A DNA stretch of 63,290 nt, the filler included, from an uncultured bacterium (GTDB lineage Bacteria > Auribacterota > CAZIXI01): the NCBI GenBank assembly GCA_964543115.1. It is 3 parts of 3 records of this genome, joined end to end, with 100 filler letters (N's around TTAATTAATTAA, not from the genome) between each part and the next. Parts side by side here need not be neighbours in the genome. Positions count along the whole stretch, not along the records: positions 1 to 21,426 come from CAZIXI010000029.1; 2 more parts are not named here. One strand, written 5' to 3'. Made by a program: the position numbers and the translations under genes. The notes below the pieces were generated by a model. The model ran no database searches, had not been told where the DNA came from, and worked only from the letters and a program-made list of their open reading frames with translations. Positions 1-12,000 of this stretch are shown piece after piece (position 1 is the first letter of the stretch; each line of letters opens with the position of its first letter).

Positions 1-1
1 C

Positions 2-3000
2 GGCACGGTCGCTTGGTCGCCTTCGCCCTGAGTCAGCAGCAGGCCTTCTCCTCCTCTGTCTCCTTGACCTTGGCGCTCCCAGTCGTCCAATTACTTTCAT
101 ATCATAATAGCTTTGCACTATGGCACATCTGTCTGCTAAAGATATATACCCCACACAAGACATCGCATTATTAATTTGCTCATGAATCTTTTGCACCTCC
201 ATCTTTTTTCGTCCATCTATTGCTATGCCTAATTGACCAGCAAATGCAGCTAGATAATCTTCGATAGAAAATATCCACTCGTTTATGGCCGCTGGATCTC
301 TTTGCTCTATTCTGCCAATAATATACTGCAATAACTGTAAGTATAAAAAGCCATTAGTATCTTGCATTCTTCTATGTGCTTCATAATCTGCCTGTAGAAC
401 AGGATAAATCACATCTTTGAGTCTTTGTCTGTCCGCGTCCGCTAGAACCTTACCCTTCCTATTTATATATTTTTTCATTAATACAGCAATTAGACTGCTA
501 TAAACCCTGCCGCCAACATCTACCCCGTTTCTGTTATTTCTATCAAGACGACTGAGTAAATCTGTTTTTTCTTCTAATTCTAATGTCTCAAAAAAACTTC
601 TGTCATTTGGCCTTACCCTCTCTTCATCTTCTTCTTCAGTTTTCGCTGCCCCAACACCATACCTTTTCCAGGCATGATCAAGCTCATGTCTTAATCCATA
701 TTGTAAAAGCACGCTTGAATATAATGCCCGGGAATGTAACTCAACCGCTTCCTGTGTGTCATGCGGTAAAAATTCTCTCACCCTTCCCAATCTCAGATCC
801 GTGCACCGTCTATCCTTATATGTACCGGCATGAAATCTTACCGTTATTCCTCCCCCTATATCAGGCAAGAAGTTCTCTCTCCCCAGAAGCTTGTTTAATG
901 CTTCTCTTAATCTTTCTTCCATAAAATCTCTTATTTCCCGCTGCTCATCTTCAGGCACAGAAAAATTACCGCTTATTAATGCCACATCCAAGGCTTCTCC
1001 ACCCCGTATTGTAATCCTCCATTCTGCACTTATAATACTTTCTATCCATTCAATTATCTGATTATCTTCCTTCGCCCGATCCTTGTTTATTTCAACCGCT
1101 GCGCCAGCTACCCTAATTTCCGCCCCCGCAGGTTCTCCTAACGCTCTCTCAAATATGTCTCTGCCTGCTTCATCTATTGCAATGAACCTTTCCGCCACTC
1201 CTTCCTTGTATTTGCCTCCAAATATATATTGCTCAAGATATTCTTCTGCGTTTCTTGCAATCAAATCAAAAACCTCTCTTTCGATCACCTGTCCTTCATA
1301 AGCATCTATTAAAACTTGCCAGGTTGCATCCAAACTAACACCTTCGTTGTTTACGGCAGCCATCAGGCACATCTCTAATAGCTTTATCAGTCTGCCAAAT
1401 CTAAATTCCCCACCTTTTCCTAAAAGCCCAGCCATCATCAGAGAACATATCTCTTGTCTGTTTCTTGCTGCTTGTTCCTCGCCAACTTCTTCTTTTACTT
1501 TCTTCTTCAAACAGCTTTTTATGTATTGGCTGGCCCGCTCAGCGACTATTGGATCTTCAGTTAGATACATTTCCGCCAGAAATCTATGCAACTCTGGCAC
1601 TCTGTCAAAGGCATAAACTATCTCATCGCTCCAAACCTCTAATTGATAATATAACCCTGTTAACACATGAATTACTTGCCTTTTCATCTCTTCACTTTGC
1701 TCGGCTAATTCAATTAGCCTTCTTACAGCACAGAGTACTATATCAGAATATATTGCCTGCTTCTTTTCTTGTGCTTTTTCAGCCTTTTCACTCAGAAATG
1801 ATTTAATATAACAATTTATTTCATACGGACTCTTCATCTGCTGAAAAATAAACTCAATCTGCTCTTCGTTAACTGTTTCACCGGCAACGGCCAGCTGATT
1901 AATTGCATCCAGCCTATGATAGCGAAATGCCTGATCCGTTTTTATCAGATCACACAACCTGAGGTAATCAGGCCCTTCCTGCTTCAAGTCTATATTGGAA
2001 TCTCTCAAATCCAATACCTCCAACACTCCCGCAAACCTTCTCTTGCCAAGATTTCCCCTCTTCAGCATTTCAACCAATCTTCGCGCCTGTTCTGGATTGT
2101 ACCTGGCAAATATCTTCCTAAATTTTCTTATATTGCCTTCCAGGCCTTCACCCGGAATTATTATCGTCTGCGCCCCCCCGGCGACCAGCATACGCACATC
2201 CCTAATAGCTCTAGCCACATTCTCCAATACCGCCTGTTCTTCTTCAGGATAATAAGTAAATGTCATTTTAAGTTCTTGCATCAATGCTTCTACAGAAGGC
2301 TCAACAGAACCAGGGCTTTCTTCTGAATTACTCAGCAATATCCCTTCCACTAAATTTTTACAGTATCCTTCTAGCCGGCCAAGCCCTATCTCCACCGCTG
2401 GAATAATATCCTCATGATACGGATTCCCTATCCCCGCTAACTTTAATGTCAGATCGTAATTCGGAATCTTTTCATTTAACAATTTAAAGATTTTCATGGC
2501 GGACATCTGTATCTCTAGCGCATAAGGCTCCTGATACTCTGCTGCCAGCATCTGTTTAACACGGTAAAACTCTGCTAATAACACAAGTATACTTTGCTCT
2601 TTGCCGCCCTGTTTATAAATTCTTAGCCGAGGCTCATTTTCAAAAATGTCAGCTTCTAGTATCTCCGCATTGGCTAATGCCCATTCTATCGTTTTATGCC
2701 TCCCTGCCTTATTCAAATATACAAAATTAAAATAAATAAATCTATTACAGGAATTACGCGCTTTTAAATAAGAGAGTGTCTGTTCTCTATACTTTCTCGC
2801 CTCTTCTTCATCTGCTGAAAGGACCATGCCGTCAATGAGTCCATTCAAAACAGTTTTTTCTTCATCGGATAGGTCATATAGTTTTACTTGTTTCAAAAGA
2901 TGAAGTGCCTCCAGAAAACCACTTGCCTTTACTGATCCTTTCGCGCCAGAAATCTCTGACAAAAGAGTATCTCTTTCAGTTATATTCATCCCCATATTCC

Positions 3001-3964
3001 TGCCGTCTCCATGCACATAGTAATAAAATAATTCTTGCCCGTCAGCTACAGATACAATTTCATCACGAGATAAAATATTCTTCATATTTACAGCATGGGC
3101 AACTCCGGCGATTGGCATACTTACTGTACCTAGCTCAACATTGATACTGATTCTATCTTCTATTGTTTCCCTTAATTTGCCTTTGAATTCAGAATATTCT
3201 TCCGTCGTCATATTCCCCTTAAAAAACCTTGTAAATCCATCAATTATATAATCAAACATCTCGCTAACCTCCTCTGGCTCACAGGGCTTTCCGACAGACA
3301 TCATATATTTGTATTTGCACATATAATATTTTAGATCTTCCAGATATTCATTTTCTACATTCCTATTTTCACATATAGCTTTAAATAATTCAGCAAACTC
3401 CATCACTCTTCTATATGTTTGCTCAAAATTTCTAAGATCCCCTTCATATTCAGCTGTTCCATCTGATGCTCCTTTTGTTTCTCTTAGTATTTGTTGATAA
3501 TATAAATGAGCTCCAGAATATATTACTACACCAGTAAGCCCCGCAAAAATTTCTTGCCCGCATCCTGGATCAAATAAATTATGGAACACTACTTCATACC
3601 CCTTCGCATCCAGCAGCGGCCATTCTCCCATTATTTTTCTTGATGATGCAATACACCTTAAATCAATAACCCTCCCGATCACATCTGCATAATAATACTC
3701 CATGCTTCCGCTGCCAAAAGGAGATTGATCGACGCCTAAAGAGAAGTTATGAAATAACATTTCTTTTTTACTTCTTCTATCATGGATCAATACAGAATCC
3801 CATATCCTTTGCTTTTCATTTGTCTTAAAATAGAAATTTGATATGACCTTATAAGGCAGGATTGATATCATAAATCGCCCACATTCTCTATACGCCTGCT
3901 CTAGCTTAAGATAATATTGCCTAAATTCGATAAGTTCTGCTATCTTCCCAATTAAATCCTCCCC
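2..3964 (-). CDS. C-terminal continuation (partial at both ends) of the giant exported protein; 1,321 codons, contains an HExxH motif (RHELDH)
   Basis: Manual translation of the minus strand from the N gap (3964) to position 2 gave no stop codon (GEDLIGKIAELIEFRQYYLKLEQAY...GLRHELDHAWKR...RRRPSDRA). It is absent from the ORF track, presumably because it has no stop inside the window. Confidence 0.9.
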
Positions 3965-6900
3965 NNNNNNNNNNAAATATTTTTTAATTGCGGATGATTT
4001 TTGATTAATGTATTCTCTATAATCTCTTCAGCATCCGGTGGATCATCAAAATCCCCAACCAACTTGAGCAGGATATGGGCAAGATCGCCAACCAGAGCTT
4101 CTGTCCAAACACCGCCATAGGTTATCTCAACAACAGGGGTTTTTGACATTTTTATAAGTTTTTCTGCTCTCTCTCTTTGCCTTGCCCCTTCCTCCTCTCT
4201 TCTAGCGTCATCTCCTTTCTTCTTCTTTTCAAACGCCGCAGCCGCAGATTGCACTGCAGATTTACTAAAAAGACCTCCTGCCCACTTGCCTTTTCCTAAG
4301 GATGCCTTTGCCCAATCAGGATACAATCTTCTAATTTGGACATCACTTAGATATTCTTCAACACACAAACTAACATCTTCTGCGGCTATATCTTGCAGCG
4401 CCCTAAGCCTCCTCTCTACACGACCCTCATAATCTTCCTTCCGCCCGTCTTCTTTCGCATCTATATTTAACACAACAACCCCGCCTTCATTTGTCTCAGC
4501 TACTTTCTCAACTACTATTATCCGCTTACCAAATCTAATAAATTGCTCTATTTCTGTCTTATTTTCAATCTGCTTTTCCGGCTTTAGTTCAAGATGTGTT
4601 TCATAGAAGGCATTTATCCTAAACCCCATTTTTTCTAAATGTCCATAAAATGCTTCAGAATAATTCAGACCATCATCTATTGCTATTACAAGTGTTTCTC
4701 CAACGGCAATCCCACCTCTTTCCCCTTTTAATATCTCTTTTAATTCCCTGGATGACAGCTCCGTCTTAACAGCAACCAATTTCCCTGCTGTACCCTTCTC
4801 TGCCATAACCGGTCTATCCAACAGCTCGTTTTCTAATGCGGCTAAATACTCTTCTTCTCTTTCAATATCAAGTAGGACAGCAAGGCCTTTATTCGCATCA
4901 ATGCTCCCCTTACGATCTTCCCATTCTTCAAGAATAGTCATACAACTAGTTAATTGTTCCATATTCGAATCCCTGTGTTTGCCAAATATGCCTGCTTTCT
5001 CTACCTCATCTTTTTCCAATTCACTTTTGGCTTGATTCAAAAATCCTATCTCTGCCCTTGTAAAAAGAAAGTCAAAATCCACACGTTCCATTATTCTTGC
5101 CGCAGCATCTTCAAATTCTCTCAGGCTTGCGAATTGCTTTTTCGCGCCTGACAGTGCCTGAGCTAGTCTCCCATCTACCTGTACCGCTGTCATCATTAAC
5201 GCCTCAGTTAAAGCATCTTTGCCTGTATTTAAAACCTTTCTAATGTCTCTTCTTTGATTTTTGTCGCCCGCAAGTATCTGATATTTTTTGATTAATTTCT
5301 TCATGGCTGCAAATCTTTCGTAGTTCTCATCCGCAAACGCCCGCCTGGCCTTTTCTCCCGCAGCTTCTTCCCCTATTTCTTTTTCTGACGCCCGCAGCGC
5401 TCTTAAGACCCCACGCACATCCGTAAGCGCGGATTGGGTCAGATCTGTTTTATTGTATTTAGACACTTTACCGTACTTTCTTTTAACCTCACCTGTTAGT
5501 TTTTTAGCTACTTCTTTTTTCTCTTCAATCTCTGCTAACGCTCTTAAAAATTCCTCTATATTAGTGAAGACAAAAGCCTTGAGTTTTTCTATTCCACTAC
5601 ACAACTTTTCTACAGCTTCTACATCCTCATCCGTATGTTCGCCTGCATAATCTAAAACTCCCCCCACCTTAGCTGACATCGCTCTTCCGGCAAAATCCTT
5701 TACCCTTAATCCATCAGGCTCACACACAACCTCTTCCCACAGCTCTCCAATTATTTCCTGTGTCATTTCGAAGAGCTCTCTATTTTCTGCCCTTTGCCTT
5801 ATCTCATCACTATGACCAATACCATCCTCTAAGGCAGTCCCTAGTAAACCTTGCTCATACCTTTCTCCTCCAAGCCTGGTAAATGACCCTGCTGACGCGC
5901 CTCTCGCTCCGGATCTCGGACCTGCTGCTAAGCCGTCAAAACCACCCGCAGCACCACCAGCCGCTAATGCAACCACTGCTCCCGCACCTCTTTCCTGCAC
6001 AACGGCCGGAATCAATAATGCTCTATTTACTTTATCGTGGACATCATCTTTTACTTTATCTACTTTTCTAAAGACCGCTACATAAAAACTGGTTGCTTTC
6101 GCCCCTGTATCAGTCCCGGCTATTAATACACCTGGTGTAAGTTCTGTCTCAAACCCCATCTCAGAACGAAGCATTTCTAACGCCTCTTCACTAAATCTTC
6201 TTGTCGGCGGCATGGTCAGCGCAAATTGTCCGCCGAACTCCAGAATCCTATTCACTTCTTTAAATAAATCAAATAACTTCCGCGAACTTGTTATTTGATG
6301 CAGCTTGTATGATGACAGAACCAATCTGCTCGATTCAGCTTTTATCTCTATCTGCTCACCTGTCTCCAGATCCCTCACTCCTCCAGTGCACATATCCCTG
6401 GTAACCCGTTTTGGGTTATCGCCAAAATACTCCATGGCCGGAACACTTATCACATCTGTTAAGCCGGCTAGACGTTCTTCTTTTACTCCTGTCATTTTTA
6501 GGGCACGATAAACCGTTGATAAACCAGCATCTAATTCATAAACCGTTCCCATTTTTCCGTGCCTAAACAGATCACTATATTCACGGGCAAGCCATTGCCC
6601 GGCCCGCCAGCTTCTCGTCTCACTCACTATATCCCACACTCTATATCCGTTCAGCTCCCTTTCTGTTCCATGCCTCCTCAATATTTCTGACATATGCCCC
6701 CTGTATAGTAGCACCTTCGCTTTATACATCCTCAAGATGAGTTGGACATATCTTTTATTTTCCGCTGAAATGATATCTCTTATCTTTATATTATCTTCTT
6801 TATCAAATGCTTCTTTCAGTTTACTCATTGCACCTCTCTCTTCCGCTGTAATCTGCATCTCTTCTGTAAAAGCATAATTTCTCTCCGGGGCAAGGTTTTC

Positions 6901-8820
6901 CACAAGATCAAACGCATCCCAGAGCATCTTCAAGATATCATTCTCATCATCAAGATATTCATCCCATTCTTCCCCTTCTACCTCAAAAAGCTTCCTTAAT
7001 ACATCAATTGCGTCTTTGTACAGTCTATCAAATTTTGCTATCTCGTCATCGGTAACATCAAACGTACCGTCTCTTAGATAACCATATCTGCCGCATAAAC
7101 TTGACAAGGGCTTTCTATTTACGCGTTTTAACCGGTCCCCGGCCAAATAACTCTTGAATAAACGCAATATCCTTAACCGCGGCAGAAACTCTCTTTCCAC
7201 GCTTGCCGCCCGCATGTCCTCCGCCGTAATTCCGCTGAATCTTTCATCACCCATTTTGACTCTTTCTGCACAGGCCTCTTCTATAAATTTCCAGAATGCA
7301 ATTTTATTCCCGGTTATTGTATTAATGATACCGCTTGTCAGAAAGGCAAGCTCTGATCTTAACACTGCCCGACTATAGTCTCCACTTGCCAAAAGCGTCA
7401 CCGTAAGCAGTCTCGCTGCCTCCTTATGAGTAATGGGACGTCTGCGTTTTCTAAATTTAGAAATCTCTTTCCTGCCCTTACTGTATTCTATATATCTTTC
7501 ATTTTTTGCGACAAAATCAATTAACCTTAATACATATGCCTTTGCCTGCCCTTTGTCATATTTTTTAAATTCTCCAGCCTGCCGCCAGTCCCTGACTCTT
7601 ATGTGATCATTCAACCCTAATTGATAAAGCATAAAGGATATCTTGCCTCGGTGTTCTTTAACATGCAATTTAGTATCGTAAGCGGCAGCGTATTTCTTAA
7701 ACACCTCCTGAGGAATCCTTCCTCTACCTATACCTGTAAAATCCCTGATCACTAATTGATTATGATGTTTATCGTCTCCCCAATCATCCTTCGCTTCAGG
7801 CGCAAAACCTACAATTGCAGCTGCCTCGACAAACAAGGAATCCCTTTCTACAATTCCCGTATCTATAAGTATGCCTAACCATCGTTCACAATTTTCTCCC
7901 GCCAAGCGGGCAAACAACCTTGCATCAACCCCGTTTTGCCGGCGTTCAAGCTCTTCGGCAAATTCTACCTTCTTTTTCGGCTCCATGGTCTCTATATGAT
8001 AGGGCAGATCCTCTGAATCAATTTTCATTCTTGCTTCTTTTGCATAGGCAGTCTCTGCTAGTATCTTTCTCTCCACTATATGTGCCTCATGCCTTAATTC
8101 ATGATATAAATATGTCTGCAAATACGCCTCTAACACCGTTAACCTTTCTTCTAGTCTTTCTCTTTCACCATCATCATCTTCAGCTTCTAACGCAGCAAAA
8201 ACCTCCTCAATCTTTTCTAACAGCCGCCTATTAATACCGATAAAACCGTCTCCCCGGCAATTCTCACTCCAATGCCGGGACCTAGCCAATACGGCAACAA
8301 CCACCCCAAACGGCGGCGTATATTTTTTTAATCCTTTTATCAACTCACTTCTCTCGTCTTCTCCCATATTCTTTAAGACCCTGATTATATTTCTTTCGAT
8401 AAAGAAATTGAGTTTTTCGTCATCTTCCCTACCGTCCCAGACAATTATATTTCTTCTCCCAAAATCATTCAGTAATTCACCCACCTCAAGATCTCTGCCC
8501 ACGCCTTCCGTCTCGATCTTGTTTCTAATTCTTCTGGCATTGTCTTTTTCTTTTCTTAGAGAAACATCTTCTTCTCCATCAGCATAACCTTCTAATCCTT
8601 CAATTCCGGTAGTCCACAACCACCCATAACAGCCCTCCCGCATTGCCTCCGGCACTTCAGCATATTTTGCGGAGACAATACGTCCCTCTGCCGCAGACCG
8701 GCTAAACATACTGCGGCTGGCAAGCGCATCTGTCTTTTGTACGGCGGCAGATACACAATTATTGCCTGCTAAACCAAAAACAATGATATAGCTGATAATT
8801 TTTCTCAAATAATCATTCAT
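3952..8820 (-). CDS. Giant putative exported multidomain protein, N-terminal part (signal peptide, HExxH, class I SAM-methyltransferase-like domain, coiled regions)
   Basis: Track ORF 3952..8859. The likely start is the ATG at 8820 (MNDYLRKIISYIIVFGLAGNNCVSA). HELRHEAH at about 8080-8103. MTase-like segment (VYELDAGL...LVLSSYKLHQI...LFKEVNRILEFGGQFALTMP) at about 6200-6560. The stop at 3952 lies just past the N10 gap (3965-3974) and is probably an artefact of gap length. Confidence 0.85.
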   Translation of the reverse strand: MNDYLRKIISYIIVFGLAGNNCVSAAVQKTDALASRSMFSRSAAEGRIVSAKYAEVPEAMREGCYGWLWTTGIEGLEGYADGEEDVSLRKEKDNARRIRNKIETEGVGRDLEVGELLNDFGRRNIIVWDGREDDEKLNFFIERNIIRVLKNMGEDERSELIKGLKKYTPPFGVVVAVLARSRHWSENCRGDGFIGINRRLLEKIEEVFAALEAEDDDGERERLEERLTVLEAYLQTYLYHELRHEAHIVERKILAETAYAKEARMKIDSEDLPYHIETMEPKKKVEFAEELERRQNGVDARLFARLAGENCERWLGILIDTGIVERDSLFVEAAAIVGFAPEAKDDWGDDKHHNQLVIRDFTGIGRGRIPQEVFKKYAAAYDTKLHVKEHRGKISFMLYQLGLNDHIRVRDWRQAGEFKKYDKGQAKAYVLRLIDFVAKNERYIEYSKGRKEISKFRKRRRPITHKEAARLLTVTLLASGDYSRAVLRSELAFLTSGIINTITGNKIAFWKFIEEACAERVKMGDERFSGITAEDMRAASVEREFLPRLRILRLFKSYLAGDRLKRVNRKPLSSLCGRYGYLRDGTFDVTDDEIAKFDRLYKDAIDVLRKLFEVEGEEWDEYLDDENDILKMLWDAFDLVENLAPERNYAFTEEMQITAEERGAMSKLKEAFDKEDNIKIRDIISAENKRYVQLILRMYKAKVLLYRGHMSEILRRHGTERELNGYRVWDIVSETRSWRAGQWLAREYSDLFRHGKMGTVYELDAGLSTVYRALKMTGVKEERLAGLTDVISVPAMEYFGDNPKRVTRDMCTGGVRDLETGEQIEIKAESSRLVLSSYKLHQITSSRKLFDLFKEVNRILEFGGQFALTMPPTRRFSEEALEMLRSEMGFETELTPGVLIAGTDTGAKATSFYVAVFRKVDKVKDDVHDKVNRALLIPAVVQERGAGAVVALAAGGAAGGFDGLAAGPRSGARGASAGSFTRLGGERYEQGLLGTALEDGIGHSDEIRQRAENRELFEMTQEIIGELWEEVVCEPDGLRVKDFAGRAMSAKVGGVLDYAGEHTDEDVEAVEKLCSGIEKLKAFVFTNIEEFLRALAEIEEKKEVAKKLTGEVKRKYGKVSKYNKTDLTQSALTDVRGVLRALRASEKEIGEEAAGEKARRAFADENYERFAAMKKLIKKYQILAGDKNQRRDIRKVLNTGKDALTEALMMTAVQVDGRLAQALSGAKKQFASLREFEDAAARIMERVDFDFLFTRAEIGFLNQAKSELEKDEVEKAGIFGKHRDSNMEQLTSCMTILEEWEDRKGSIDANKGLAVLLDIEREEEYLAALENELLDRPVMAEKGTAGKLVAVKTELSSRELKEILKGERGGIAVGETLVIAIDDGLNYSEAFYGHLEKMGFRINAFYETHLELKPEKQIENKTEIEQFIRFGKRIIVVEKVAETNEGGVVVLNIDAKEDGRKEDYEGRVERRLRALQDIAAEDVSLCVEEYLSDVQIRRLYPDWAKASLGKGKWAGGLFSKSAVQSAAAAFEKKKKGDDARREEEGARQRERAEKLIKMSKTPVVEITYGGVWTEALVGDLAHILLKLVGDFDDPPDAEEIIENTLIKNHPQLKNIXXXXGRI

Positions 8821-8878
8821 AGTTTTACATTTATAATTGATATATATGATAATGGACAAAAAAATTCTCTAAATAATA

Positions 8879-8894
8879 TGCAAGTATCATGCCA
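8879..8894 (-). promoter_or_regulatory. Sigma-54 (RpoN) -24/-12 promoter
   Basis: Minus strand reads TGGCATGATACTTGCA, an exact GG-N10-GC match to the TGGCAC-N5-TTGCW consensus. It lies about 60 bp upstream of the ATG at 8820. Confidence 0.75.
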
Positions 8895-8966
8895 GTTTAG
8901 CAATCAACATTATCACATTAACTCGCACTGACATACGCTATTGACAGTTTTTTTCCTGCCCCGGGC

Positions 8967-8994
8967 AATGTTGACAAATCATCATACTTTTATG
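8967..8994. promoter_or_regulatory. Conserved upstream motif, copy 1 (putative enhancer-binding-protein UAS)
   Basis: AATGTTGACAAATCATCATA is identical to 13703-13722 (26 of 28 identical when extended). It starts 73 bp from the promoter edge at 8894. Confidence 0.6.
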
Positions 8995-9022
8995 TATAAA
9001 TATTCACAATAACGCTTATCCG

Positions 9023-12000
9023 CTAAACAGATCCATCAATGCCCGGGAACAGCATTTCAACGTGGGACCTCCCAACTTTTTTTGCCGGAGTGGCAATTTC
9101 ATAATCAGCAGAAAGTTTTTGCAGCAAAATCAAATCAGTAATATCCCTAAATCTATCGTTAAGTCTTCTCCCCAGCCAGCCAAAGTAATACCTCTTTTTT
9201 CTTTCTGCATACTCGACAAAATTACCGCTAGCATCAAGTACCACACAGCGCCATGTATTCTTTTCGACCACATGAATCGTTCTGGCCTCACTATCATATA
9301 TTATCTGCCGAGTAACAGGAGTTTCATCAGCATAATATCCCTTCAGCAGTGCTTTTATCGCCTCAAACATCTCTTCCGCCATAGAGGGTAAATCAATCCT
9401 CTCTTGCTTGTTTAATATGCTATAAACAGCAAAAGCATCATCATAATCACATATTCCTTCATGCCATAAATTAAGTTTCTGCGGATTTACTTTGGCAAAC
9501 CCACGGACAAATCCATCTCTTAGCTCTGCGATATAAAACCAACTCCCTTTTTTGTATACCACTGCACTGCCAATCATCTTTCCTTTATTAATACATTCTT
9601 CGAGTAACACAATAATATCTTCTTCACTTGTTCCCTGCCATTTCTCGCGGCTTTTGATAAATTCCAGCCCCCAGCCATAATCATCTCTGTACTCATTCAC
9701 CAATCCTCTTGTCAACACCACAGAATCTTTCACCATTCCACAGACAGCCAATTCCTTCTTAACGGCCCCATCAGGCTGCACCTCTCTTTTTAGCGTCCCC
9801 ACTAATACATCCTGTCCGGGAACGCAAAAAATTACTACGGGACAGCTATCTGGAGCCAGCCCAATACTTTCCCATAATTCGATATAATCATCCCTGGCTT
9901 TCTTTTGTACTCCTTTTCTCAAAATACACCTACTTCTGGCATCGTCGATTAGGCTGGCAGCAATACATTCAACTTTTCTTATATGTCCTCGTCTAAGAAC
10001 AAGCCGATAAAAGAAATCATCTTTTTTATAAAGATATATATCCGCATTGGGACCTATTATTCTTTTACCTTTATTAATAATAACCTCTAGCAACTGCTTT
10101 TCTTCTGCAATGAGATCTTCTGGCCCGGCAAACACCCCATTTCCACTTTCTCCCATAAACGATTCCTCAAATCTTTCCTTGGTTATCAGTACTAAATCTT
10201 TCACTGACAAGATAACTTGCCCTTTGGGTCCAGATACCCTATCCTGCAGCACAACTCCAGGGACAGAGAATACATAGCGAGGCGCCATAAAATGATCCGC
10301 TGAAAGAAATACCATCCGCTTGCTAAATTGCATAACATAAAACATGAATTTAATGATAACAATGCTTTCTCTTTTAACCACACCTCTTTTTACCATTTGT
10401 AGAACAAAATATATATCCTTTGTCAGCGCTGGCGGTGTTGTGTTTTCCAGATATTCAACTAATTCCCTAACGTCATCCGGAACTTCAGCAAAAGAGGATT
10501 CTATCACTTCCAGTAGTATATCCCTAAACTCTAAAGCATCAACTTCAGCAACCGTAACAGACTCTAATTTTTCTAAATAATGCATCAACTTCTGTTCTTT
10601 AGCACGTTTTTCTCTCTCCACAAGCTCCATCTGTCTTGCATATAACGGATCAAAAACCGGCCTCAGCCCGTCTTCGGTTTCTGTGATCGCACATTCAATT
10701 GCCGTTGAAAAACCGTTATGCCCGTTAAACAAGAGATCACCTGCCTCATGCGCTAAGGCCGCCGCTAGCTGCCTGGGATTCTTTCTTAGCCTGTCCCAAA
10801 CACCTTCCGGGAGATAGATAGAATTATTACGAAAACCGGCATGCATTGCCGAATATCCACCAGCTCCATTATCTCCAATAATATCTATTCCTATAATCTT
10901 ACATATATGAACATTGACTATCCTCATAACTACTAATCTAAACATTTTCCTCACCTTCTCTTCGGGGCTAAAATCATCCTTAAATAAAATACTTTTTGCA
11001 TGTCTGGACCATCCCACATTTAAATACCATCTCTCCTTATTCTTGCTGTAAGCTGCCTGCATATCGCTTACCAGCTCTTCAGGATCATCCCGTAATTTTT
11101 GCACAATGAGATCTTCATCTACATATTTCCATAAATACTTAATTGCCTTTTTTAGCTTAAAATCGTTTTTGTCTATCTGTATTAACTCATGCTTTCGCAA
11201 AACACTGTGCACTATCCGTCCCTCTTCCTCAGCCGTCATCTCCCAGGTGGCCCAGTCCTTGGATCCCCGGCCGTTTCTTTTGGCAATAGCCCCCAGGCAA
11301 TCAGCAAATATCTTTTTCGGCAATTGATAAAGCCTTGTTTTTCCATCTTTTTCTTTTCCCGTAAACGCAAGAATGGGCAAAGCAGATGCACTCCCGTCTG
11401 CGGAAATCTCATAAACAAAACAAATCCACGAGCCAATTTCTTCACTGAAAGAAAACTCTATCCGGTATTCGGCATTCGGCACTAAAGTAACATTTTTCAC
11501 TTCTGCCCGATATTTTGTTTCTCTTATGTCGCCAAAATAAAAAACTCCGGCTGGATTTTTTTCCGTCTTAGTAATAGCAGATACTTGGAATGGATAAGGC
11601 TCAATATTTTTATCAGCAAATTTATTATTCCTAACCATTTCACACATCATCCTGCGGCCGTGCAATAAATCCAGTTCCTCAATCGGCACGGGACTTAAAA
11701 CTGCATCTTGACCAAAAACATTTTTCGCAGGCTTAAGAGCATCAACCACAGTCTGTTGAACAGAATCCAGTCCCAACATGCTTAATTTATCGCCTTTACT
11801 CCTTATCATATAATTAATGGCGTGAACTCTTCCCGTTGCGTCATTACACCGCACCGCAAACATCCAGCCATAATTATATTGGTCAAACACACTCACAACC
11901 CTCGCCTCTTCCCCTTCCCAAAATACATCCCTTAATCCATCAGTCATTCTTAGTTCACTGTAGCCATGCATCCTATAGAGCACAAGATAAAGCGAAGAAC

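Noticed and set aside
583..3144. Short + strand ORFs (583..924, 1083..1301, 1347..1616, 1465..1806, 1916..2326, 1995..2252, 2905..3144)
   Set aside because: They are S/L/F-rich antisense shadows of the long minus-strand frame. The same applies to most small track ORFs overlapping assigned genes.
3952..3974. Stop codon ending the 1,635-aa ORF (tail NIXXXXGRI*)
   Set aside because: It follows an N10 gap of estimated length, and another frame continues for 1,321 codons.
8971..9000. Sigma-70 promoter TTGACA-N18-TATAAA on the + strand
   Set aside because: It would only drive an antisense transcript into the upstream gene, and the second copy at 13707 lacks a good -10 box. A UAS reading fits the conserved spacing better, though this is not fully excluded.
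8860..9022. Sigma-28 promoter (TAAA-N15-GCCGATAA) for autoregulation by the sigma-bearing protein
   Set aside because: No convincing GCCGAT -10 box was found in either giant-gene upstream region.
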